Source: Macrostomum lignano
Lineage: Eukaryota
Assembly: GCA_002269645.1 (NCBI GenBank)
Contig: NIVC01001237.1
Coordinates: 124,001 to 188,000, forward strand
DNA: 64,000 nucleotides
Reading direction: 5' to 3'
The stretch's first letter is position 1. Each line of letters opens with the position of its first letter. The notes beneath the pieces are model-generated. The model did no database searches. It worked only from the letters and a program-made list of their open reading frames with translations, and was not told where the DNA came from. The translations under genes and the position numbers were made by a program. Below are positions 10,730 through 23,119 of this stretch, piece after piece.

Positions 10730-12250
10730 GATAAATGTAAATAAGCGCCATGGATAGTATTGATTTGGATGAGATTATTAAAATCATGGATAAGATTGAT
10801 AAGCGCCATGGTTAAGACTGATAAGCGCCATGGATAAGATTGATAAGCGCCATGGTTAAGACTGATAAGCACCATGGATAAGATTGATAAGCGCCATGGA
10901 TAAGATTGATAAGCGCCATGGTTAAGACTGATAAGCGCCATGGAGAGTATTGATAAGCGCCATGGATAAGAATGATAAGCGCCATGGATAAGATTAATAA
11001 GCGCCATGGATAAGACTGATAAGCGCCATGGATAAAATTAATATGCGCCATAGATAAGATTGATAAGCGACATGGATAAGATTAATAAGCGCCATAAATA
11101 AGATTAATAAGCGCCATGGATAAGATTGATAAGCGCCATAGATAAGATTGATAAGCGCCATGGATAAGATTGATAAGCGCCATGGATAAGATTGATAAGC
11201 GCCATGGATAAGATTGATAAGCGCCATGGATAAGATTGATAAGCGCCATAGATAAGATTGATAAGCGCCATGGATAAGACTGATAAGCGCCATGGATAAG
11301 ATTAATATGCGCCATGGATAAGATTGATAAGCGCCATGGATAAGATTAATAAGCGCCATAGATAAGATTAATAAGCGCCATGGATAAGATTGATAAGCGC
11401 CATGGATAAGACTGATAAGCGCCATGGATAAGATTGATAAGCGCCATGGATAAGATTGATAAGCGCCATGGATAAGATTGATAAGCGCCATGGATAAGAT
11501 TAATAAGCGCCATGGATAAGACTGATAAGCGCCATGGATAAAATTGATAAGCGCCATAGATAAGATTAATAAGCGCCATGGATAAGACTGACAAGCGCCA
11601 TGGATAAGATTGATAAGCGCCATGGATAAGATTGATAAGCGCCATGGATAAGATTAATAAGCGCCATAGATAAGATTAATAAGCGCCATGGATAAGATTG
11701 ATAAGCGCCATGGATAAGATTGATAAGCGCCATGGAGAGTATTGATAAGCGCCATGGATAAGACTGATAAGCGCCATGGATAAGATTGATAAGCGCCATG
11801 GATAAGATTGATAAGCGCCATGGATAAGATTGATAAGCGCCATGGATAAGATTGATAAGCGCCATGGATAAGACTGATAAGCGCCATGGATAAGATTGAT
11901 AAGCGCCATAGATAAGATTAATAAGCGCCATGGATAAGACTGATAAGCGCCATGGATAAGATTGATAAGCGCCATGGATAAGATTGATAAGCGCCATGGA
12001 TAAGATTAATAAGCGCCATAGATAAGATTAATAAGCGCCATGGATAAGATTGATAAGCGCCATGGATAAGATTGATAAGCGCCATGGAGAGTATTGATAA
12101 GCGCCATGGATAAGACTGATAAGCGCCATGGATAAAATTGATAAGCGCCATGGATAAGATTGATAAGCGCCATGGATAAGATTGATAAGCGCCATGGATA
12201 AGATTGATAAGCGCCATGGATAAGATTGATAAGCGCCATGGATAAGATTG
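10730..12250. repeat. 22-bp minisatellite, about 65-70 copies
   Basis: Unit GATAAGCGCCATGGATAAGATT; degenerate copies extend left to about 10330. Confidence 0.97.
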
Positions 12251-12354
12251 ATGGTCAAAATTATAAACTCAGAGAACAACAGAAATGGATTTAACGCAAA
12301 AACAAAAATAGCAATTGTAGAAGCTGTAGTTTATTTTTAAGCTAAAAAGCATAT

Positions 12355-12387
<33 letters not shown>

Positions 12388-12929
12388 GTCGTACAAATTT
12401 GGCTTACAACTGATTAAACGTGAATTTATCGCAGTACGGTTTTATAGTCTAATTAACTGTGTGCAATATGCAAGACGTTTATAATTAAGAAAATTATGTG
12501 CTGAAACACTTTCGCTGTATACTACTGTCAGCTCTGTTAGTAGAGTAAAATTAGACACACAAAAAACGGCACGATGAAAGCCGGAAAACACAAAATGCGA
12601 GAAATACTAGCACAGACACTTAAAACAGGAAGAGGACGAACGATCTTATTGTTAAACAAAATATAATGTGTTTATTCAATCAGACTGGGTAAAAATGATA
12701 GTCAGACGATTGCGCAGCGATATTTGGAAGAAACAAAAAACAAATTGTTAAAAAAGCGCAAATGTTTCGAACTGCAAAAACACCAGGACAATTAAAAATG
12801 GGGGTGAAGGGGATTAGCAAAGCAGAAGGTCGAAAACAATGAAAATAAATCATGTGATAGGGCAAGTACATTAATGGGAAAGCAGAGGGGAAATGACAGG
12901 AGAGGGGAGAATTTACATAAATGAGAGTA

Positions 12930-13790
12930 AAGAGAAGGGAGAGATGAGAGTGGGAGAAAAGAAGAAAATGTAGAGGTAAGGGAGAAATGAGAAGGGAGAT
13001 GAGAAAGAGAGAAGAAAGGGGAGAGGAGATGAGAGAGAGGTGAGAGAGGAGAGAGGGAGAGATGGATGAGACGGAGAGATGAGAGGTGAAAGGGAGAGAT
13101 GAGAGAGAAGAGGGGTAGGAGAGGAGATGAGAGAGAGGTGAGAGAGTAGAGAGGGAGAGATGGATGAGACGGAGAGATGAGAGGTGAAAGGGAGAGATGA
13201 GAGAGAAGAGGGGTAGGAGAGGAGAGATGAGAGAAGAGAGGGACATATGAGAGATACGAGAAGAGAGGGGAGAGAGGAGAGAGGAGGGGTGAGAGGTGAG
13301 AGGGAGAGAGGAGAGGTGAGAGGAAGAGATGAGAGGTGAGAGGGATAGATGAGAGGCGAGAGGAAGAGATGAGAGGTGAGAGGGAGAGATGAGAGGTGAG
13401 ACGAAGAGATGAGAGGTGAGACGAAGAGATGAGAGGTGAGAGGAAGAGAGGAGAGGTGAGAGGGGAGAGATGAGAGGTGAGAGGGAGAGAGGAGAGGTGA
13501 CAGGGAGAGAGGAGAGGTGAGACGAAGAGATGAGAGGTGAGAGGAAGAGATGAAAGGTGAGAGGGGAGAGATGAGAGGTGAGAGGGGAGAGATGAGAGGT
13601 GAGACGAAGAGATGAGAGGTGAGAGGGAGAGAGGAGAGGTGAGAGGGAGAGAGGAGAGGTGAGACGAAGAGATGAGAGGTGAGAGGAAGAGATGAGAGGT
13701 GAGAGGGGAGAGATGAGAGGTGAGAGGAAGAGATGAGAGGTGAGAGGGGAGAGATGAGAGGAGAGGGAAAGAAGACATGAGAGAGGTGCG
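12930..13790. repeat. GA-rich polypurine tandem array
   Basis: GAGAGATGAGAGGTGAGAGG-type units. Confidence 0.93.
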
Positions 13791-14199
13791 AGGGTATCAA
13801 GCTGTCAAGTTTAGACAGTACCAATCAGAGCGGATTACAAAATACAGAGACTCGCTGACCATTTATCAACAACAAAAAACACCTAATTAATGCGATTGAC
13901 AAACAGAACCAGTGCATGGGAGCAGCTAAGGTTAAAGGTGACGTATAAAAATTAGCCATGCAAGACTAACGAACCCTGACCCTGGCCTTCAGCTTAATGT
14001 ACTTTAGTATGTGGCTAAAAAACTAAATTCAAATAGCAACAGGCAGTTTATAAAGCGATTTAAAACAACAGTATGCGGGGTACTGGTTCTCTGACTGTCT
14101 GGATTCGAAGATCCCAAACTGGAAATATTGAAATCCAGGAATTAGGATTAACGCTTCTTAGGTATAGATTACCTAAGAAGGTATAGGTATACTTTCGGC

Positions 14200-14700
14200 G
14201 ATTTCTGGCATTTGGGATTCGGGATCTATGGGATTTGGGATTCGAGATCTAGGGGATTCGGGATTCGGGATCTGGGGGATTTTGGATTCGGGATCTATGG
14301 GATTTGGGATTCGGGATCTATAGGATTTGGGATTCGGGATCTATGGGATTTGGGATTCGGGATCTATAGGATTTGGGATTCGGGATCTGTGGGATTTGGG
14401 ATTCGGGATCTATGGGATTTGGGATTCGGGATCTATGGGATTTGGGATTCGGGATCTATGGGATTTGGGATTCGAGATCTATAGGATTTGGGATTCGGGA
14501 TCTATAGGATTTGGGATTCGGGATCTGTGGGATTTGGGATTCGGGATCTATGGGATTTGGGATTCGGGATCTGTGGGATTTGGGATTCGGGATCTATGGG
14601 ATTTGGGATTCGGGATCTGTGGGATTTGGGATTCGGGATCTATAGGATTTGGGATTCGGGATCTGTGGGATTTGGAATTCGGTATCTTTGGGATTTGGGA
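14200..14700. repeat. 22-bp G-tract minisatellite, about 22 copies
   Basis: Unit GGATTTGGGATTCGGGATCTAT. Confidence 0.95.
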
Positions 14701-14826
14701 TGAGTCGAGAAGAATCCAGGATTAATTATGTGGGTTCAGCATTAGTTCCGTCAATCCAATGAGCTGATTTAGAAGCTAAAAAAGGATTTAAACTGTCAAA
14801 TTGCCAAGCATCGAAGCCCTGGCAGA

Positions 14827-17800
14827 TCAGACCAGAGGCTCAGACGCGGCCCTGCCATCCCCAGACAGAAGAGGCAGACTCTCAGCCCTGGCAATGCCCT
14901 GCTCTTGCTGGTCAGACCGGCGCTGCTGGTCCCGATGGTTGTCGGCATCGACTTCTAGCACCAGGATGTTGCTGTCATCATCGCCCAGAGACATGTTCAC
15001 CGAGGAGGTGTCAGGCCCCATCATGGAAGCGGATCTGGGGTGCTGCAGCGTCGCGGGCCTCAAGCTGACCAGGCCCTGCTTTTGTTGTTGTTTCTGCTGC
15101 TTCTGGTGAAATTTGTGCTGCTGCTGCTGCGGCTTGGTGAGCGATTTCAAAGCTTCCTTGCGTTCGGCGTTGGCTTTGGCTTTGGCCTTGGCGCCGCTGG
15201 ACAGCTGGAACACGTCCAGGTGGTGCACAAGATCCTTGCCCTGACGTTGCAGCCGCTTCAACAGGGCTCTGGTCAGGTGGGCCTCCGTCTCCTCGGCTGT
15301 GCCGAACGAGTCGTTAGAGTGCACCTCGTTGAAGTCGAAGGTGCGGAACAGGTCGACGAGTTGCTGCTCCTCTGGCTCGCCGTTGTCGGTGAGGCCTGGG
15401 GGGAACAGCGAGTCCTCGGCGCCGCCCAGCTTCACCGACACCTTCAGATTGGAGTTGAGGATCTCCGACAGAGGCAGGTCGGCCTTGTCCTTGCCGAGCG
15501 GGTTCATCAGGCACATGCCGATCTTGAACCAGCCTGGGGCAGGTTGGGATTCGCGAATCTTAGGATTTGTCATTTAGGATCTTTCAGTTGGTCTGGTTGG
15601 GGATTTGGAATCTTTTAGTTTGGTCTGGTTGGGATTTGGGGAATTTTAGTTTGATCTGGTTGGGATTTGGGATCTTTGAGTTTGGTCTGGTTGTGGATTT
15701 GGGATCTTCTAGTTTGGTCTGATTGGGATTTGGGATCTTTGAGTTTGGTCTGGTTGGGATTCGGGATCTTTTAGTTTGGTCTGGTTGATGATTTGGGATC
15801 TTTGAGTTTGGTCTGATTGGGATTTGGGATCTTTGAGGTTGGTCTGATTGGGATTTGGAATCTTTAGTTTGGTCTGGTTGGGATTTGGGATCTTTGAGTT
15901 TGGTCTGATTGGGATTTGGGATCTTTTAGTTTGGTCTGATTGGGATGTGGAATCTTTTAGTTTGATCTGATTGGGATTTGGGATCTTTGAGTTTGGTCTG
16001 GTTGGGATTTGGGATTTTTGAGTTTGGTCTGGTTGAGGATTTGGGATTTTTTTTTGCTTGGTCCACAGATACTAAAATTTAGATGGGCCACCCAGGCATA
16101 TATACTTAGTAAAACAGCTTTCTACTTTCATTTCAGTAGCAAAGAAGAAAACATAAGCTATTTATAAAAATCAAGCCAGCTGAAATTACTTTGGTAACTT
16201 TAGAAGCCCAAGCTCGCAGGCGTAAACAATTTGCTAATTGGTTCAGCCATAATGTACATTGGCCAGTGCACTGAAATGTACATGGCAGCTTTAGGCTGGA
16301 ATTCCGAGAAATGCAATAAAAATTGGGGCGACGCCCGGGGGTGTGAAAAGGCGCGATTTGAGGGTTTAAGCTGGGGGTAAGAGCCAATAAATGCCTTGGC
16401 TTTAAAAATACACGAAAATGCTTCTCTTGAACATACTACTGAACTGAAAGTGGCTTACACGCAAATGTGCTGAGTGTCCTATCTAGTTAGTCTAGTTAGT
16501 CTAGTATCTGTGGTGTGGTCTGGACTCGTTTTACACGCCCCCCCCCCCTATTAACAACTCACCCAGATAAAAGATAAACTCCAACGAGCCCAAAATGGGG
16601 ATATGGGACAGGACTTCCACGCCGGTGGTGCTCCCCGGCTCGTCGACTCTGGAGCCGTTGACAAGGGAGTGCCGATCCAATCCCACCTCCGACTCGATCA
16701 GCTGAGTTGACAGCAGCGTGGAGAACAGGAAGATGTACACGGCCGTGACGGCGACCTGGGTGTACACCAGCGGGATGTTAAACTCGCTGTAGGTCCACAC
16801 AATGCCGAGATCGTTGCGAAAGTTCTGCGCGATCGTCACCATCCACAGGAACTGGCGCTCGTCCGCGATGCAGCCTGCGACGGTGTGCGTTTGGGATTTG
16901 GGATTTGTCTCAACTGAGATCCCCAATTTCAACATAATACTCACGTCAGCCTTTCATCTCACTCTGAAAGATTACCCTGCATCTCATTATTAGTTTCCCT
17001 CCATCTCACTATTAGATTCCCTTCACCTCACTACTAGATTTCCTTCATCTCACTATTATTTTCCCTCCATCTCACTAATATGTTCCCTTCATCTCACTAT
17101 TAGATTCTCTTCATCTCACTATTAGGTTCCCTTCATCTCACTATTAGTTTCCCTTCATCTCACTATTAGTTTCCCTTCATCTCACTATTATATTCTCTTC
17201 ATCTCACTATATTTTTCCCTTCATCTCACTACTAGTTTCCCTTAGTCTCACTATTAGATTCCCTTCATCTCATTACCGGATTCCCTTCATCATATTATTG
17301 AATTCCCTTCATCTCATTATCGGATTCCCTTCATCCCATTATTAGGTTCCCTTTATTTCACTATTAGATTCCCTTCATCTCGACATCTCACTGTTATATT
17401 CCCTTCATCTCACTATTAGTTTTCCTTCATCCCTTGATCATTTTCAAGCGAAACTGCAAAATTGTGTGCTAGCTAGTGCAGCTCAGGCTAGTAGTTGCAT
17501 ACTGAATTAAATTGGCAGTGGTCTGCCTCTACGCCTCGAGGGATGGCAGGATGTAAAATACTAGCCAGATCCCCGTTTATCTTAGTATATATATATATTA
17601 GTAGTATTATTATCTATACATATAACGCTGCACGAGTGATGAGGACGAACCAGTTAACCAGCTGAAGCTGACTGCAAATCCCAAATTTATGCCAACACGC
17701 GATAGTAGTTCAAGCATGCTATACAACACATACATGCTAATATAGTTAACCCTCTGTAAAGATAAGGAACTGGATCCTTCTTTCCCCCACTCCCTTGACT

Positions 17801-20800
17801 AAGATCGATGTAAGAGTAAGATGAACAGCGCAAAGACTGAGAGGGAATTCCAGATAGATACAAAGAATCTGAGACAACCCTAGACAAAGACTCAGAGACA
17901 TCCCAGACGGACAAAGACTTAGAGACGTCCCAGACGGACAAATACTCAGAGACACCCAGAGCCGACAAAGACTCAGAGACACCCCTAGACAAATACTCAG
18001 AGACACCCAGAGCCGACAAAGACTCAGAGACACCCCTAGACAAAGACTCAGACAACCCAGACCGACAAAGACTCAGACACCCCCATACCGACAGACTCAG
18101 CTCTAGACAACCCTAGATAAAGATTCAGATACAACCTTAGACAGATTCAGATATAACCCTAGACAAAGACTCAGAGGCAACCCAGACACAAAGACTCAGA
18201 AACACCCCCAGAATGCTGACTCAAAATTGAAGGATTAAATCAATGAAACTAAAAAAACATGAAACTCACCAATATTCTTAGCCCGCCTCATAATTCTGTT
18301 AGCCCAGCCAAGAGGCAGCCAGTACTCAGGCGTATAAGTCCAATCGGTGTCTTTAGACAGCTCAGCAGACCTAGCGAACACTTGCATCTCTTCCTCAGTG
18401 ATCAGTTTGCCAAAATATTTCTGCACCTTAGCATCGGAATTGATCAGTTCGAGTCTCTGTCGCCAGGTAAGCTTAAACTCTCGAGTATTCTTCGGTCGCA
18501 TAAAACCGAACCGATGCTTGATGTGCAGCGAAATAGTGGCCATCATTAGTATCCAGGCCAGGTTGAAATATCGCAGCACAGTGATTCGAACTTTTCTAGC
18601 AATATCGGATTTCGATTTGTGACAGCTCTCGATTAGGCCTTGCGCGTAGAAGGCTGGCGCGTGCATCCATGGGATCGCCATGCACATGCTCCACCAGCTG
18701 GGCAGAATAGGATGCGTGCGGGGTGATAGGCAGTGCAGCCCCTTAATCACTTGAATTCAGGATGTAAAATCATATAGACTAAGACTAATACTTCTCTTTG
18801 AATCATTTTACAGATCTTGATAGCAAAAATTATCATATATTTTATTTACCATCACTGCTCTCTGCTATTTTCCTTCTCTTGCAATCTACTGTCTCCACCT
18901 CTCACCAACCACTCTCAGTATCCACTCACTTCCTCCACCTTTCACTTTTCATCTTCCTCTCAGTCTCCTTCTCCCTCTTAGTCTCTATCTGCCTCACTGC
19001 CTGCCACTCTCCCTCTCCCTCTTCCTGCAACTCTCCCTCTTCCTGCAACTCTCCCTCTCCCTCTTCCTGCAACTCTCCCCCTCTCCCTCTTACTGCCACT
19101 CTCCCTCTCCCTCTTCCTGCCACTCTCTCTCCCTCTTCCTGCCACTCTCCCTCTGTTTTCCTGCCACTCTCCCTCTCTTTTCCTGCCACTCTCCCTCTCT
19201 TTTCCTGCCACTCTCCCTCTCTTTTCCTGCCACTCTCCCTCTCCCTCTTCCTGCCACTCTCCCTCTCCCTCTTCCTGCCACTCTCCCTCTCCCTCTTCCT
19301 GCCACTCTCCCTCTCCCTCTTCCTGCCACTCTCCCTCTCCCTCTTCCTGCCACTCTCCCTCTCCCTCTTCCTGCCACTCTCCTCTTCCTGCCACTCTCCC
19401 TCTTCCTGCCACTCTCCCTCTCTTTTCCTGCCACTCTCCCTCTCTTTTCCTGCCACTCTCCCTCTTCCTGCCACTCTCCCTCTCTTCCTGCCACTCTCCC
19501 TCTCCCTGTTCCTGCCACTCTCCCTCTTCATCTTATCCCTCTTATTCATTTTTCCCACTCTCTCTCTCCAATTCGTGGAGATGCCTCCCCCTCTCGTCTC
19601 CAGTCTCCCTCCCACGCTCCTATTCTAATCCCGATTCCTAATATAATAATAATAACCTCTGAATGCGACTGAACCAGTGGCTACTGACTGTTGCGCCTCA
19701 CGAGGGCGATAGCCGGCCTCAATTTTAGGCTGCGTTAACAGACAATTCAAGTCCCTGGGAGTTAGACACACATCTTCCACCAGTCGCTTAATAAAAGTGG
19801 AGTCGTAAATTGCAGTTGTCGTTTTCTAAAAATCGAACTCATGTCGAACAACCAAGAGACCAAGCCTTTTTTATTGCCTGCTATCTATCCACTGTCTTAT
19901 GGATGCGATTTTAATGGAATAACGATGTTACAATATGATTTAGATGATTACAGTAAAAAGTTATTAACTCAAGTAGGTAATGACTCTAACTCCACACTGC
20001 ACTTGGTTTTCTTAGAAATGATCTGAAAGCCGGTAAACCAACGTATATCTGTCGTACCGCCAGTGCTGAATGGGGGTTTCGCTATTTCACTTGGCTTGAT
20101 GCTTGTTAGGATAGAAAAAAACTTGAAGTTATCCGTGCATGTGGAAATTTCCAAGTGGAATTTTCCACGAATTCCAAGCAATGATTTATCGTGCGCTTGG
20201 TTTGGATAGCCTTCGCTTCAGATAATATTTACTAAAGTACGCGCTCTGTGGGCTCTAATTTTTCATCAGTCAGTCAGTCAGACAGGACGTTCGTGTGTTA
20301 AGGCTAACAAGGGTGAAGGAAGTTGAGGCCGAGGGTAAACCACCTTATCTCTTACCTAAAGGCTAAAAACGCTAAAATTAGAAACCAAGCCAGAGAGCCA
20401 AATCTTTCTAGGAAAAAATAATTTTAAAAAGTCAGTACGCTCGTACAACGTGCCTACTTTCCTAATATGGAAATTGCGTTTTTTCGCCTTCGCCCTGTTA
20501 AAAAACTAAAAGTAAGTTTAAGTAAGCCTCGTTGGTTTGGTTCGGGCGAACGAAATCATAATGCCGCACTGCGTCAGTCGAGATGGAAAGGGAGATAGAC
20601 AGAGAAATTCGACACGAGGGTTAAAATTACTGGCTCTAGCTAGCTAGATAGATTTCCACAAGTCTGACTTCACCTAGAAAGGGCACGAGGACCGTACAGA
20701 CTACAGACCGTCTGCGAAAGCCCACAGGGACCCAGGAGAAAAATTCCATTCTTAGTTATTTTTAGACATTTTTGACTTTCCCTCCAAGTAAAAGTACAGA

Positions 20801-22098
20801 TTTTCAAAAGTTTAAGTTTTTTATTCTGATCCGTAAACAATAATATTACTAATAGTACACGACGAACTATAAAACACAACTTAAAATCTAACCTTAACCT
20901 AACCTAAACAGAGTGCAGTCATGTCTATAGAGTCAAAAAGAAACACGAGAAACGCATTGCGAGATTCAGTTAAAACAAATATAAAAGTTGGCTCCATAAG
21001 TCTAGATTGGAACTAGAACAAACGTTTTATGACGTATGAAACATTCGCCGACGGCGACACTTATTCAGACACTTCTACAGACACTTTAGTTTCTATCGTA
21101 CGAATCGTAGGAACAAGCATTAAATTTAAAATTTGTTTATTCCTAACAAACTATCAGTAAACAGCTTTATTTTTAGCTTTCTTGCTTTATTTTATTAAAT
21201 ATGAATCATGAAATTTGTTATTCTGCATAGATTCTCTTCACGTGAAGAAGAATGTTAAATTTGTCCAGGACACTTCCTAATTCATATTTAATAAAATAAA
21301 GCAAAAAAAGCTTAAAATAAAGCAGTTTACTGGTAGTTTGTAAGGAATAAACAAATTTAATGCTTGTTCCTACGATTCGTACGACAGAAACTAAAGTGTC
21401 TGTAGAAGTGTCTGAATAAGTGTCGGCGAATGTTTCATACGTGTTTTATGGGGTTGCTTTTTACAAGATCAAAACTTCTCATTGTGAAAATAGGTAACAA
21501 TTTTTAAGACCTCTGGTCCTGGAAATAAAAAACTACCTAGTGTGTTAATAGTTAAGAAAGCAAACTTTTGGATTTGTTTAAATTTCTGTACATTGTGAAT
21601 CGTGATTTTGTGAACTCCGTTTAAAAATATATTAGCATGGATTAACAAAAAACAAAAAGCCGAATGTAGGCTAGGTCTTCGAATTTCCATTGATTTTATC
21701 AGCAATTTGCTCATTTAATACCCCGTGCAATTTAATGTAATTTAATTATTTAATTTAACCTTCACTTTTACAATATGCAATTATCAATTATCGATTTTTA
21801 TCGATTGATCAAAAAACACTCACCGACTAAGAACCGAAGAGACAAAGAAGCCGAGCATAAAGGACAACGGCACTGAAGTTCGAATTGATCCAGTACTGCG
21901 AATAACAGCTTCAAATGTAATTCGCCTTGTAGGAGATAATAATTGATGATACATGACAGCTAAGCCGACGTAGGCCAATGCAAAGAAAAAAAAATCAACC
22001 CAGAGCAATTGCCAAACACTGCCGCTCCAGCGAAAGAGCAGTTTTAAAAAGAACAGCTTCTCTTTAGTGTAGATGTTGCTGGCGTAGCTCACCGCCAT
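14827..22098 (-). CDS. Bestrophin-family anion channel, divergent, 4 coding exons, about 573 aa
   Basis: Exons 22098-21824, 18697-18270, 16874-16563, 15533-14827; GT-AG, phases 2/1/1, total 1722 nt. Motifs: MAVSY...LLFRWSGS, VPLSFMLGFFV...R|WW, RY..LA, EYWLP..W, IPLVYTQV, G|WFKIGMCLMNPLG. Confidence 0.92.
15575..16050. repeat. About 31-bp minisatellite (bestrophin intron 3)
   Basis: Unit GGGATTTGGGATCTTTTAGTTTGGTCTGGTT. Confidence 0.93.
16063..16513. mobile_element. MITE-like element with imperfect terminal inverted repeats
   Basis: Ends CCACAGATACTA (16063-16074) and TAGTATCTGTGG (16502-16513). Further subterminal inverted similarity (TAGATGGGCCAC..CTACTTTCA.TTCAGTAG). A homologous partial copy lies at 55933-56105. 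No clear TSD. Confidence 0.7.
16955..17430. repeat. 22-bp minisatellite (bestrophin intron 2)
   Basis: Unit CATCTCACTATTAGATTCCCTT. Confidence 0.9.
17830..18210. repeat. Degenerate about 22-bp repeat (bestrophin intron 2)
   Basis: AGACAAAGACTCAGAGACACCC-type units. Confidence 0.85.
18985..19530. repeat. CT-rich tandem array (bestrophin intron 1)
   Basis: CTTCCTGCCACTCTCCCTCTCCCT units. Confidence 0.93.
21032..21442. mobile_element. 411-bp foldback MITE with 8-bp target-site duplication
   Basis: Arms 21032-21206 and 21280-21442 are reverse complements. Termini ACGTATGAAACATTCGCCGAC / GTCGGCGAATGTTTCATACGT. Identical GTTTTATG flanks at 21024-21031 and 21443-21450. Confidence 0.9.
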
Positions 22099-23119
22099 TT
22101 TTGTGTGAATTCGGTCCGGACAGGATCGGTGGGAAAACTTTCTAACCAGCAACTTGCAAACTTAACTTGCAAACCGATAGTCGTAGCCTAGATACTTATA
22201 CTATTGTCCTGCTGTTCCTGACTCTTATAAAAGTAACTTTCCTTCATACAGCAAAACAAGTCAATACTGACGAAGGCCTGGGTGAGAACTGGAGTGCCCT
22301 ATTGCAGAGGAAAGGAATTATAAACAGGATAGGATTCCCTTCCTCCAATGCTTTGTCCCTTCTCCCTCATTCCTTCCCCTCCCCCGATGGAGGAGGGCCG
22401 AGGGGGAAGGAGAGAGAAGGAAAAGGCGTTGTAGGCTGGAAAATTACTGGGGCTTTCCCCCGATGTCCAAGGTCAAACAGATCTCGCCCAGTCTGTTCCT
22501 CCTTGGGCCAACACTGTACACACAAGAGGGTATGTACATTTAGCTCCCCCCAATTCGTCCCTCTCTCCCCCAAATCGCGGGGCCAAATGGCTTTATTACT
22601 TCATTTTGTGCGGCAGAAACTGTACTGTGAACTTTGTCTCGACACGCACGAGTCCTCGTCTGCGACAGATTTTTATCCAAGACCAACACTTGTTTTTCTC
22701 CGTCGCAGACTCGCAATTCGCTAACTTATTCCCGTTTAATAACACAAGTTCACCATAATGAGGCACAGCACAGGCAGGAATGATGTAGCTGGACGACCTT
22801 AGTGACAGCCTGACAGGGATTCTACTGCTTCTACCTGTATGTAGCGCATTAAAAGGTTGAAACTGATTTCAAATGTTGTGGATTTCTATCTAATGTTGTA
22901 GAATTCAAATGTTCATTATTTTTTGTCTCAGGGCGGCCCTCAACTTCATTTGTTTCTAATGCCGTGAATTCCTAATGCCAATTTCTAAGGCGATTCGCTC
23001 ACTTATTAGACAAATTTTCAACTCTAAAATCACTCACAATAGGTACAGTTTTAGATGAGATTGTACAATTTTACTCTTGATTCTTGAGGATGATCTAGTG
23101 AGATTCTATGGATGATTCA

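Noticed and set aside
10645-12279. Many 'MALINLIHGAYQSYPWRLSILS' ORFs
   Set aside because: Translations of the 22-bp minisatellite, with no coding context.
22167-22724. 185-aa plus-strand ORF upstream of bestrophin
   Set aside because: TTG start, no recognisable motif, no supporting splice structure; it overlaps the likely bestrophin 5' region on the opposite strand.
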